From NCBI GenBank assembly GCA_964433865.1, contig CAYSUC010000002.1:1-51568 (forward strand): a DNA stretch of 51,568 nt, written 5' to 3'. Shown piece by piece: positions 25,901-34,009 of this stretch; the first letter of the stretch is position 1, and each line of letters begins with the position of its first letter. This stretch comes from an uncultured Planctomycetaceae bacterium. GTDB lineage: Bacteria > Planctomycetota > Planctomycetia > Pirellulales > PNKZ01. The notes below the pieces were generated by a model. That model worked only from the letters and a program-made list of their open reading frames with translations, was not told where the DNA came from and searched no databases. The position numbers and the translations under genes were made by a program.

Positions 25901-26402
25901 GGCCGTGACTTGCCTGGCGCTCGATGTCGACGACGCGGGCAGGTTGCGAATCGTTTCCGGTTCGCGAGACGGCTCGATTCGCACGTGGGACGCCTCGGGC
26001 GAACCGCTGCGGTCGCTGACGTCCGCACCCGTCGCCGTCACGGCGCTGGCGGCACGGCGCGGTTGGATCGCCGCCGGAAACGAAGCGGGCGTCGTCACGG
26101 TTTGGCCGTCCGACGGCGGTCGGCCCGGCGTCCTTCGCGGCCATACGCGCGGAGTGTACGCCGCGGCGTTCAGTCCCGACGGCAAGAACCTGGCTACCGC
26201 TTCCGGCGGAAGGTGGATTCAGAATGCCGGCGAGTTGAAGCTTTGGGACACCGCCACCGGTCAGGTGCATGCGACGTTGCCGGGCCTGACCGCACCGCTC
26301 GTGTTTCGCGGCGACGGCCGGATGTTGGCGGCCGCGGACGAGCCCCGGCGTCGGATGGTCGTGTGGGAAGCGGCCCCCTACGCCGCGGAGCATCGGCCGT
26401 AG
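22974..26402 (+). CDS. Membrane Ser/Thr protein kinase with a large C-terminal WD40 beta-propeller region
   Basis: Kinase: LGRGGMGVVYLA, AALKLL, HCDLTPANILL, IGDFGLARW, GTPGYLAPE. TM at AAALVSIGTALVVLLFGGAWY. Then many WD40-like repeats (GHTAPV..., GHSGLI..., GHADRI...VKVWD, GHSGAVYAV...LRLWN, AHEQAVTCL...IRTWD, GHTRGVYAAAFSPDG...LKLWD). Confidence 0.9.
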   Translation: MSTPAPAPGTTGLLREACADLVRRLRRGEAAAAEQYLQTFPALADDTDAAVELIYSEFALLDETGRRPDEASFLARFPRWSTQLRRQFEIHRLLNGDAAADAAVDPTGDGTQPLDAERFGAYEVVRPLGRGGMGVVYLAIHRELGRPAALKLLHAPVGDDARSLERFRSEVRSAAALVHPGIVQLYELGETSAGRPFAAFEFVDGGTLRSALAGRPRPAFAAAELLRNLAEAVECAHRAGIVHCDLTPANILLDRDGRPKIGDFGLARWPRRADPAASAGEPGAGDDSSPATSPSAASDGGEGSSVALAGTPGYLAPERIDDPEIAAPSVDVYGLGAVFYELLTGRAPHVGSTPWETLRQAKEFDPPSPRELVPSIPRDAATICLKCLERDPARRYADVAALTADLRRLQNGEPIAARPVGVLERGWKWARRRPGSAAALVSIGTALVVLLFGGAWYNLRLRQALEQTTVQQRQIDGQRTELQRRVDRQRRDLFTLQLNQAEALVERAPHQSRALLDDVAHCPIDLRDFAWGLLRRRASQERQTLLGHTAPVQAAVAASDGKLLTAGTDDRVLTWDVRRGTAVNERLVDTSQATQLVLSPDGRRLAVARPDGALALWSLSTAEPVERPLLGHSGLIAALRFFPDGKWLASAGEAGDLAVWDPAGQRVASIPAAEAGEILSLAAAPDGLHVALGLTGGRVRIVDVVRGSVRDEWTEAGSAAVAYSPDGQTLVSSDLVDGRIAFRDTNDGRLRKTLEFPGVVLRTIALDPTGRLLAYADADQTLAVVAWETGDVVAEYRGHADRIGALAFYAADAVVSASDDRTVKVWDVPGRPAAESLAADDSKTLAATIDHAGHRLATAGYDTTIRLTALPQDARTADVPPDNDAQLLSGHSGAVYAVRFLPDDRRLLSGSEDGSLRLWNLTTGKTTRTWEHPDWVLDVVVDPTGNRCWSGCADGKIREFALDAARPIREFQAHEQAVTCLALDVDDAGRLRIVSGSRDGSIRTWDASGEPLRSLTSAPVAVTALAARRGWIAAGNEAGVVTVWPSDGGRPGVLRGHTRGVYAAAFSPDGKNLATASGGRWIQNAGELKLWDTATGQVHATLPGLTAPLVFRGDGRMLAAADEPRRRMVVWEAAPYAAEHRP

Positions 26403-26442
26403 GCCGCCCCCTGGGCGGCGCTTCGGAAGCCGGTTTCGTTTT
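26403..26442 (+). terminator. Probable intrinsic terminator after the WD40 kinase
   Basis: GCCGCCC-cct-GGGCGGC (26403-26419), a second small hairpin GCTTCGGAAGC, then the T-rich CGGTTTCGTTTTCC. Confidence 0.4.
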
Positions 26443-26511
26443 CCGCCCGCCGATCGCATATACTAAGGCGACGGTCCGCCCGCGACCCGATTCGTCGCTC
26501 GGCGGCAAGCC

Positions 26512-27675
26512 GTGGTCGAGGCCTCAGGACGGACGAACGTGGCCCCAGCGTCGGCGATTCTCCAAGGCGAAGCGGCGTCGGCGGTAACCGATGTGCGGCT
26601 GGCGAACGTCGTCGCAACGCCGGTCGTCCTCGGCACGTTGCGGGCTGAAGTCGTATCCGACGCAGCACCGGCAGCCGATCCGCGAAGCGAGGCGGAGCGC
26701 GGCGCACGAACCTCGCCGCCGGCGGCGTGTGCCGCGGTCGCTCCACGCGTCGAAGCCGTCGCCGACTGGCTGTTCTGCGCTCGCCGGGCTCTGTTCGCCT
26801 CCAGCGGCTCCGCACTGTTTCATCTGGCGGTGATGATCGCGCTGGGGCGACTGTGGGCCGCCGATTTCGGCCTGGCTTCCGGAACCGTGGTCCGTCCGGT
26901 GTTGCAATCGACGCAACTCGAGTTGCCCCGGCCGACTCCGGAACTTCCGCCGACCGAGTTCAAGTTGAACGTCGCCGTGGCGCCGCAACCGGGGAAGCAA
27001 GCGCACGGGCTCGGATCGGCAGGGGTCGGAGGCGGACGCGGCGGCGGTGCGGTCGGCGGCACGACGCTTGCCGGTCTCTCGCTCGGTCCGCCCCAAGCGG
27101 CCGGCGGCACTCGCGGCTTGGGCACCGACGCCGTCTTCGGCCAAGACCTGCTGGGCGATGTCGGCGAAACACCCAGCGGCGCCACCTTCTTCGGCGTGCG
27201 AGCCGAAGGAACGAAATTCTGCTTCGTCGTCGACACCTCCGGCAGCATGGCGCAAAACAGCCGTTTCTTGCGCTGTCGGCACGAACTGCTTCGTTCGATC
27301 TCGTCGCTCCACTATCGGCAACAGTACTACATCTGTTTCTTCAACCACCTGATGTTCGCGATGCCCGAGAACAAACTCGTGGAAGCTCGACCCGTGCAGT
27401 TGCGCAAGACCTCGAAGTGGATCAAGTCGGCATTGCCCGCGGGCTTTACGAATCCCTGGCCGGGCCTTCAGCAGGCCCTCGAGATGAAGCCCGACGCGAT
27501 CTACCTGCTCACCGACGGCGAGTTCGATCCGGCGGTGATGCAATGGGTGATTGCCGCGCAACCGCAATCGAAAAAGATTCCCATCCACACGATCGCCTTC
27601 GAGAGCCAAGCCGGCGAACCGACGCTGAAGACCATCTCGCGCGTGACCAACGGCGTCTATCGCTATGTCCCGTAG
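26512..27675 (+). CDS. Membrane-anchored von Willebrand factor A (vWA) domain protein
   Basis: GTG 26512 (start uncertain). TM at ALFHLAVMIALGRLW, Gly-rich linker, vWA MIDAS FCFVVDTSGSMAQ, ...IYLLTDGEF. Confidence 0.7.
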   Translation: MVEASGRTNVAPASAILQGEAASAVTDVRLANVVATPVVLGTLRAEVVSDAAPAADPRSEAERGARTSPPAACAAVAPRVEAVADWLFCARRALFASSGSALFHLAVMIALGRLWAADFGLASGTVVRPVLQSTQLELPRPTPELPPTEFKLNVAVAPQPGKQAHGLGSAGVGGGRGGGAVGGTTLAGLSLGPPQAAGGTRGLGTDAVFGQDLLGDVGETPSGATFFGVRAEGTKFCFVVDTSGSMAQNSRFLRCRHELLRSISSLHYRQQYYICFFNHLMFAMPENKLVEARPVQLRKTSKWIKSALPAGFTNPWPGLQQALEMKPDAIYLLTDGEFDPAVMQWVIAAQPQSKKIPIHTIAFESQAGEPTLKTISRVTNGVYRYVP

Positions 27676-27851
27676 CGCTGCGTCGTCGCACGGCGAGCCG
27701 ACGACGGCAGTCCCCGGTAGTCCGTTCCAGGTCGTGAAAGCACGGGTCGACGACGCCGACCCGCGCCACCGTTCCGGCCTGCGCGTTGACCCGACCTGTC
27801 GGGCCGGGCATATTGCAACCGTCGCAGCGTCGGTCGATGATCGACTGCTCG

Positions 27852-27863
27852 CCCCCCCCCCCC
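27852..27863. repeat. Homopolymeric C12 tract in the sulfatase-fusion upstream region
   Basis: gCCCCCCCCCCCCgg, ending 31 nt before ATG 27895. Confidence 0.95.
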
Positions 27864-27894
27864 GGATTTTCGTCGTCCGATCAACGAGGCCTGC

Positions 27895-30261
27895 ATGCGC
27901 ATTTCCCTTCCTCACCGGCAACCTTGTCCGCGAAGCTCGCCGCACCGTCGTGGGACCGGACTGACGCCGCTCCTGACGGCCGCGGCGGCCTTGCTGCTCG
28001 GCGCCGATCGGGCTTGCGCCGCCGCAGCGGGCGATGCGGCGCCGCGAACGAACGTCGTCGTCATTTACGCCGACGATCTGGGGTGGGGCGATCTCGGATG
28101 TTACGGCAACAAGAAGTTCCGCACGCCGCATCTCAATCGGATGGCGGCCGAAGGGGCTCGGCTCACGAACTTCCAAAGCGTATGCCCGGTCTGTGCTCCG
28201 TCACGTTACGGACTGTTGACCGGCCGCTATCCCGCGCGCGGCATGCCGACGAATCCGGCCCCCGACGCCGGCCCCGACGTCGACGCCCTCGGCATCGCCG
28301 CCGACGAGCGCACGCTCGGCGAGGTGTTGCAATCGGCCGGGTATCGAACGGCGTGCATCGGCAAATGGCACCTCGGGCATAAGCCGTCGTTCCTGCCGAC
28401 GCGCCACGGCTTCCACGAGTATTACGGCATCCTGTACAGCAACGACATGCGCCCCGTGCAGGTGCTCGACGGCGAACAGGTCGTCGAGTATCCGGTCGTT
28501 CAGGCCACGCTCACGTCGCGGTACACGGAACGCGCCGTGCGCTTCATCGAAGAGAACCGCGAGCGCCCGTTCTTCCTGTACTTTCCGCAGCCGATGGTTC
28601 ACAAGCCGTTGGCGGTGTCGGGACCCTTCTACGGCAAGACCGGCGCGGGTTTATACGGCGACGCGCTCGCCGAGTTGGATTGGAGCGTGGGGCGCGTCTT
28701 GCAGAAACTCGACGAGCTGAAACTTTCCCAGCGGACGTTGGTGCTCTTTTCGAGCGATAACGGACCGTGGTTCGGCGGCAGCAGCGGCGGATTGCGCGGC
28801 ATGAAGGCGCAGGCGTTCGAAGGAGGCCTGCGCGTGCCGTTGTTGGCGCGGATGCCGAAGACCATCCCGGCGGGTCTCGTCAGCGACGCGCCGGCCGCGA
28901 TCATCGACCTGTTTCCGACAGTGCTGAAAGCGGCGGGTGTCGACGTTCCGAACGATCGACCGATCGACGGCCGCGACCTACGGCCCCTGTTGACGACGCC
29001 CGGCGCCGCGACCCCGCATGAATTCATCCTGGCCTTCAATGCCCGAGGGGAAGCGGCGACGGTTCGCGAAGGGCGTTGGAAGCTGCACGTCGGCGGACCG
29101 TACGGCCGAGTCAAAATGCCGGCCGACGGCTCGCGCTGGATCGATCCGCGCGGGCCGGACGGCGTGACGATTCTCGCTCCCTACGAACAGCCGCAACCCA
29201 GCGAGTTTCCGGGCATCGAAAGCGGCGACCCGATCGACGGACCGACGCTGTTCGACTTGGCCGCGGATGCGTCGGAGCAGAAGAACGTGGCCGCGGAACA
29301 TGCCGACGTCGTGGCGCGTCTGAAGGGTTACGTACGACGGTTCGAGCGCGAGGTGCCGCGGCCCCCGGAGCGGCAGCGCGTCCATCCGAAAACTCCGGCG
29401 GCGGCCCGCGCCGCCGGCGAAGCCTCGACCGCGCTCGTGTTGCACCCGCGGCGCCGCGCGGCGGTCGCCGGAGGATTCGAAGTCGCCGAGGTCGAAGAGC
29501 GATGGAAGCCGGCCGAGACGTGCGTCATCGTGTGCGACATGTGGGACGCGCACCACTGCCTGAACGCCGTGCGACGTTCGGTCGAGATGGCGCCGCGGAT
29601 GGATGCGTTTCTCAAAGCCGCCCGCGATCGCGGCGTGCTCGTCATTCACGCCCCCAGCAGTTGCATGCAGGCGTACGAAGACACGCCCGGTCGGAAGCTC
29701 GCGACGTCGGCGCCGAAGGCGACGAACCTTCCGGCCGAAATCGACCGCTGGTGCCGACACATTCCGGCCGAAGACGGCGGCGTCTATCCGCTCGATCAAT
29801 CCGACAGCGAGGACGACGATCCGGACGAGCACCGCAAGTGGCACGAAGAACTCGCCGCGCGGGGCCGCAATCCGAAGGCCCCCTGGGTTCGACAGATGGA
29901 GCACCTGACGATCGCCGACGGCGATGCGATCAGCGACTCGGGCATCGAGATCTGGAATCTGCAAGAGGCTCGCGGCATCAAGAACGTGATCTTGTTGGGC
30001 GTGCATACGAACATGTGCGTGCTGGGGCGTCCGTTCGGCCTGCGTCAGATGGCCAAAAACGGTCGTCGCGTGGTGCTGGTCCGCGACCTGACCGACACGA
30101 TGTACAATCCGAAGCAGCGACCGTTCGTCAGTCATTTTCAAGGGACGGAACTGATCGTCGAGCACATCGAGAAGTTCGTTTGTCCGACGATCACGAGCGT
30201 CGACCTGCTGGGAGGCGAACCGTTTCGCTTCTCGGCCGATAAGCGAACGGTGAAACCCTAG
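27895..30261 (+). CDS. Secreted sulfatase fused to a C-terminal isochorismatase-like (cysteine hydrolase) domain
   Basis: Signal peptide, then sulfatase motifs: VVIYADDLGWGD, formylglycine box C100-A-P-S-R (SVCPVCAPSRYGLLTGR), GKWHLG, FSSDNGP. After a ~55-aa linker comes a second domain from ~aa 535: CVIVCDMWDAHHC (Asp), ...NVILLGVHTNMCV (Cys), the D/K/C hydrolase pattern. One uninterrupted 788-aa frame. Confidence 0.72.
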   Translation: MRISLPHRQPCPRSSPHRRGTGLTPLLTAAAALLLGADRACAAAAGDAAPRTNVVVIYADDLGWGDLGCYGNKKFRTPHLNRMAAEGARLTNFQSVCPVCAPSRYGLLTGRYPARGMPTNPAPDAGPDVDALGIAADERTLGEVLQSAGYRTACIGKWHLGHKPSFLPTRHGFHEYYGILYSNDMRPVQVLDGEQVVEYPVVQATLTSRYTERAVRFIEENRERPFFLYFPQPMVHKPLAVSGPFYGKTGAGLYGDALAELDWSVGRVLQKLDELKLSQRTLVLFSSDNGPWFGGSSGGLRGMKAQAFEGGLRVPLLARMPKTIPAGLVSDAPAAIIDLFPTVLKAAGVDVPNDRPIDGRDLRPLLTTPGAATPHEFILAFNARGEAATVREGRWKLHVGGPYGRVKMPADGSRWIDPRGPDGVTILAPYEQPQPSEFPGIESGDPIDGPTLFDLAADASEQKNVAAEHADVVARLKGYVRRFEREVPRPPERQRVHPKTPAAARAAGEASTALVLHPRRRAAVAGGFEVAEVEERWKPAETCVIVCDMWDAHHCLNAVRRSVEMAPRMDAFLKAARDRGVLVIHAPSSCMQAYEDTPGRKLATSAPKATNLPAEIDRWCRHIPAEDGGVYPLDQSDSEDDDPDEHRKWHEELAARGRNPKAPWVRQMEHLTIADGDAISDSGIEIWNLQEARGIKNVILLGVHTNMCVLGRPFGLRQMAKNGRRVVLVRDLTDTMYNPKQRPFVSHFQGTELIVEHIEKFVCPTITSVDLLGGEPFRFSADKRTVKP

Positions 30262-30276
30262 CGAGGCCGGCCGTCG

Positions 30277-33200
30277 ATGAACTCTGCGAGTCGTTGGTTC
30301 CGTGCCGCCGCCGTCGTCGCCGTCATGGTCGGATCGCCGTTCGCGGCTGCGATACACGGCGAGGAATCGGCGGTTCCGCCCGTCGATTTCGCCCGCGACG
30401 TCTTTCCGATCTTGCGACGTTCCTGCTTCGAGTGCCACGGACCCGAAAAGCAGGAAGGGGACTTGCGGCTCGACGAACGGGCCGCGGCGCTACGAGGCGG
30501 CGCAAGCGGACCGGCCTTCGTCGCCGGAAGTCCGGAAGCGAGCGAACTGCTGCGCCGCGTACTGTTGCCGAAGGACGAGGCCGAAGTGATGCCCGCCCGC
30601 GGCGAGCGCCTCGCGGCGCGCGAGATCGCGACGTTGCGACGATGGATCGCCGCCGGGGCCGACTGGCCGCAGCGGGTCGAAGTCGCGCGGCATTGGGCCT
30701 ACGTCCAGCCGCAGCGTCCGCAACCGCCGACGCTCGACGACCCCTGGATCCGTGCGCCGATCGACGCTTTCGTGCTCGATCGGCTTCGCCGCGAAGGCCT
30801 GAAACCCGCCCCGGAAGCGGCGCCCGAAACGCTGATCCGTCGCCTGCATTTCGACCTCGTCGGCCTGCCGCCGTCGCCGGAGGAAGTGGAGACGTTCGTT
30901 CGCGCGTACTCCTCGACTGCCGCGACACCGTCCTCCCGTTCCGTTCCAGCAGTAACGGCGAGCGGGAGCATGGCGGAGCGGGAGCGGGTCTATGCCGCGT
31001 TGGTCGACAAGCTGCTGGCATCGCCCCAGTTCGGCGAGCGGTGGGCCCGCCCCTGGCTCGACCTGGCCCGCTACGCCGACTCGCACGGTTTTCAACGCGA
31101 CGACCTGCGGACGCTCTGGCCGTATCGCGATTGGGTGATTCGCGCCCTGAACGACGACCTGCCGTTCGATCGGTTTACGATCGAGCAGATCGCCGGCGAC
31201 TTGCTGCCCGATGCGAACGAAGCGACCCGCATCGCGACGGGCTTTCACCGTTGCACGACGACGAACGTCGAGGCGGGCAGCGAGCCCGAGGAGACTCGCG
31301 TCAACCAAGTGTTCGATCGCGTGAACACCACCGGCGCCGTGTGGCTCGGTACGACGTTCGAGTGCTGCCAGTGCCACGATCACAAGTACGATCCGTTCAC
31401 GCAGCGCGACTACTACCGGCTGTTCGCTTACTTCAACAATACGGAAATCGAGGCCGACCGGGCGAATCCGAAGGTTCCCGGCTCGATCGCCTTTCGCGGC
31501 CCGTCGATGGACCTACACGACCCGGAGGTCGCCGCGCGACGGGCTGCGCTGGAAGCGAAAGTCGCGGAGCTTCACAAGCGGTTGGAAGCCCGGCGAGCGG
31601 AACTCGCGGCCTCGCTCGACGATTGGGAGTCCGACCTCGGCGCGACGACCGCGACGGCCCCGCAATCGCACGTCTTGCGCCCCACGACCATCGACTCGAC
31701 CGAGGGAAGCGAGGGCGTGCTGCTCGACGACGGCTCGATCTTGTATGCCGGTGAAGATCCGCCGGCGACCGACGTCTACGAGTACGCCGTGACGACGACG
31801 TTGACCGACGTACGAGCCGTGAAACTCGAAGCTCTTACCGACCAGCGGCTGCCGGGGGAAGGGCCGGGGCGCGGCGATCCGAACCGTCCGAACTTCGTGC
31901 TCCACGCGTTCGAGGCGACGGCCGCGCCGGTCGACAAACCGACGGCGGTCGTGAAGATCGCCTTCGCGAAAGCAGCGGCGAGCTTCGCGCAATCCCGCTT
32001 CGACGTCGCCGGCGCGATCGACGACGATCCGCAAACCGCCTGGGCGATCAATCCGCGGTTTCACCAACCGCATTGGGCCTTGTTCGAGACGGCGAAGCCC
32101 GTCGGTTTCGCCGGCGGCACGGTCCTTCGCTTTCGTCTGGTGCAGAACTTCGGCGGGTCGCGGCTGATCGGCAAGGTGCGCCTGACGGCGATTACCGGAA
32201 CCGCCGGGGGCGCGGAGTTACCCGCGGCGGTCGCCGCCGTGCTCAAAACTCCGGCGGCGGCGCGAACGAAGCAGCAGCGCGAGGTGTTGCTCGACCATCG
32301 GTCGGGCCTCGATCCGGAAGTCGTGCGGTGGAAGCGCGAGCAGACGGCCGTCGAAGCGGAATTGCGCGACGTAAAGCCCGTGGCCACGCTCGTGATGCGG
32401 GAAGTCGAGCCGCGTCCGTCGGCCGTATTTTTGCGGGGCGTCTACACGTCGCCGGGCGAACGGGTCTCGCCGGGCGTGCCGTCGGCGTTGCATCCGCTGC
32501 CTGCCGACGCGCCGGACGATCGGTTGGCGCTCGCCCGCTGGTTGGTCGATCGCGACAACCCGCTGACGGCGCGCGTCACGGTCAATCGCTGGTGGGCCGA
32601 GGTGTTCGGCCACGGCCTGGTGACGACGGTCGAAGACTTCGGCCTGAAGGGAGAGCCGCCGACGCATCCGGAGTTGCTCGATTGGCTGGCGGTCGAACTC
32701 ATGGAACCGAGCGTCGCGGCCGAGGGGCGCACGCCGCCGACCGCGTGGTCGATGAAACACGTGTTGCGGCTGATCGTGTCGAGTTCGACGTACCGTCAGT
32801 CGTCGACGCTGACGCCGGAAGCCGCCGAGCGCGACGATCGCAATCTGCTGTACGCGCGCGGGCCGCGCCTGCGGCTCGATGCCGAGGCGATTCGCGATAA
32901 CGCCTTGGCGATCGCCGGATTGTTGTCGAAGAAGCAGTTCGGGCCGCCGATCAAGCCGCCGCAGCCCGACGGACTATGGACCAAGGTCGGCGGCGAACGC
33001 TACGAGTACGTCGTCAGTCCGGGCGAAGACAAGTATCGGCGGGGTCTGTACGTCGTGTGGAAACGCGGGAGTCCGTATCCGAGTTTCATCAACTTCGATG
33101 CATCGCAGCGCACCGCCTGCACGGTGAAGCGTTCGCGATCGAATACGCCGCTCCAGGCGTTGACGTTGCTGAACGATCCGGTGTACGTCGAGGCGGCGCA

Positions 33201-33438
33201 GGCCTTGGCACGACGAGTCGTCGCGGAGCGGCCGGGCCCGGACGTCGACGAGCGGCTGACCTTCGCCTTCCGGCTGTGTACGGCCCGGCCGCCGAACGCG
33301 CGAGAGTCGGCGGTGCTGCGACGGCTGTACGCCGACGAACGCGCGGCCCACGGAGCCGCGAAAGACGCCGACGACCGGGCCTGGTACGCCGTCGCGACGG
33401 CGCTGTTGAACCTGGACGAGACGATCACGAAGGAATGA
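30277..33438 (+). CDS. PSCyt1 / PSCyt2 (DUF1549) / PSD1 (DUF1553) domain protein
   Basis: N-terminal signal, then the planctomycete cytochrome-c-type motif FPILRRSCFECHGPEKQEGDLRLD, DUF1549-like RRLHFDLVGLPPSPEEV, central CCQCHDHKYDPFTQRDYY, and a DUF1553-like C-terminal third. Confidence 0.85.
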   Translation: MNSASRWFRAAAVVAVMVGSPFAAAIHGEESAVPPVDFARDVFPILRRSCFECHGPEKQEGDLRLDERAAALRGGASGPAFVAGSPEASELLRRVLLPKDEAEVMPARGERLAAREIATLRRWIAAGADWPQRVEVARHWAYVQPQRPQPPTLDDPWIRAPIDAFVLDRLRREGLKPAPEAAPETLIRRLHFDLVGLPPSPEEVETFVRAYSSTAATPSSRSVPAVTASGSMAERERVYAALVDKLLASPQFGERWARPWLDLARYADSHGFQRDDLRTLWPYRDWVIRALNDDLPFDRFTIEQIAGDLLPDANEATRIATGFHRCTTTNVEAGSEPEETRVNQVFDRVNTTGAVWLGTTFECCQCHDHKYDPFTQRDYYRLFAYFNNTEIEADRANPKVPGSIAFRGPSMDLHDPEVAARRAALEAKVAELHKRLEARRAELAASLDDWESDLGATTATAPQSHVLRPTTIDSTEGSEGVLLDDGSILYAGEDPPATDVYEYAVTTTLTDVRAVKLEALTDQRLPGEGPGRGDPNRPNFVLHAFEATAAPVDKPTAVVKIAFAKAAASFAQSRFDVAGAIDDDPQTAWAINPRFHQPHWALFETAKPVGFAGGTVLRFRLVQNFGGSRLIGKVRLTAITGTAGGAELPAAVAAVLKTPAAARTKQQREVLLDHRSGLDPEVVRWKREQTAVEAELRDVKPVATLVMREVEPRPSAVFLRGVYTSPGERVSPGVPSALHPLPADAPDDRLALARWLVDRDNPLTARVTVNRWWAEVFGHGLVTTVEDFGLKGEPPTHPELLDWLAVELMEPSVAAEGRTPPTAWSMKHVLRLIVSSSTYRQSSTLTPEAAERDDRNLLYARGPRLRLDAEAIRDNALAIAGLLSKKQFGPPIKPPQPDGLWTKVGGERYEYVVSPGEDKYRRGLYVVWKRGSPYPSFINFDASQRTACTVKRSRSNTPLQALTLLNDPVYVEAAQALARRVVAERPGPDVDERLTFAFRLCTARPPNARESAVLRRLYADERAAHGAAKDADDRAWYAVATALLNLDETITKE

Positions 33439-33490
33439 GTCGCGGAACGTAATCAGTCGTCGGTATTCGGTTTTCTCCGAGGGCCTCGAC

Positions 33491-33988
33491 GTGCCACCTC
33501 GAACGGAAAACAACTCTTCGGGGCTGCCATATGTCAAACGCTTCAGCGATCCGGCCGTTTATCGGGCGGTTCGATCGCTTCAACAAGCGACGTTCGAAGC
33601 AACCCGGCGATTTCCGAAAGAGGAAACATACTCGCTCACGGACCAAATTCGACGTGCCGTACGATCGATCGGTGCCCAGATTGCAGAGGCTTGGGGCAAA
33701 CGCGATCATCCTCGGAGTTTCGTGAGTAAGCTTTCGGATGCCGATTCCGAGCAACTGGAGGCGCAACATTGGATCATTGTCGCCGTCGATTGCGGATATT
33801 TGACCCGCGACGATGGAGAAGCCTTGTTCGTTCGCTGTAAAGAGATTGGTCGAATGCTCGCCGGCATGAAACGCACCGCCGATCGATTTTGCAGATCGCC
33901 CCGAAGGAATCGAACGCGCGCTCGAACCGAAGATGCAAAGCCGCGCGACGCGACCACCGAACACTCCGTATCGAACACTGAACACTAA
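33491..33988 (+). CDS. Four-helix-bundle protein (23S rRNA intervening-sequence protein / Avd-like family)
   Basis: GTG 33491 (start uncertain). Family pattern: AVRSLQQATFEATRRFPKEETYSLTDQIRRAVRSIGAQIAEAWGKR...FVSKLSDADSEQLEAQHWIIVAVDCGYL. The C-terminal ~35 aa Arg-rich tail looks non-native. The gene is visibly more AT-rich than its neighbours. Confidence 0.7.
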   Translation: MPPRTENNSSGLPYVKRFSDPAVYRAVRSLQQATFEATRRFPKEETYSLTDQIRRAVRSIGAQIAEAWGKRDHPRSFVSKLSDADSEQLEAQHWIIVAVDCGYLTRDDGEALFVRCKEIGRMLAGMKRTADRFCRSPRRNRTRARTEDAKPRDATTEHSVSNTEH

Positions 33989-34009
33989 AGCCCCCGGACG
34001 AGAACTCTC

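Noticed and set aside
23658-26459. A 933-aa minus-strand ORF (and 23675..25840 on the plus strand) across the WD40 kinase.
   Set aside because: It is antisense or out of frame to a gene with clear kinase and WD40 motifs, and its composition is dominated by Arg/Gly/Pro.
26403-27675. The WD40 kinase plus the downstream vWA protein as a coupled kinase-vWA conflict or signalling system.
   Set aside because: The two genes are separated by a 109-bp gap containing a terminator-like double hairpin. No phosphatase, FHA or AAA+ partner is adjacent. Adjacency alone is not enough to claim a system.
33491-33988. The four-helix-bundle gene as the Avd component of a diversity-generating retroelement.
   Set aside because: No reverse transcriptase ORF, no template/variable repeat pair and no adjacent C-type lectin or Ig-like target gene is visible within several kb on either side.
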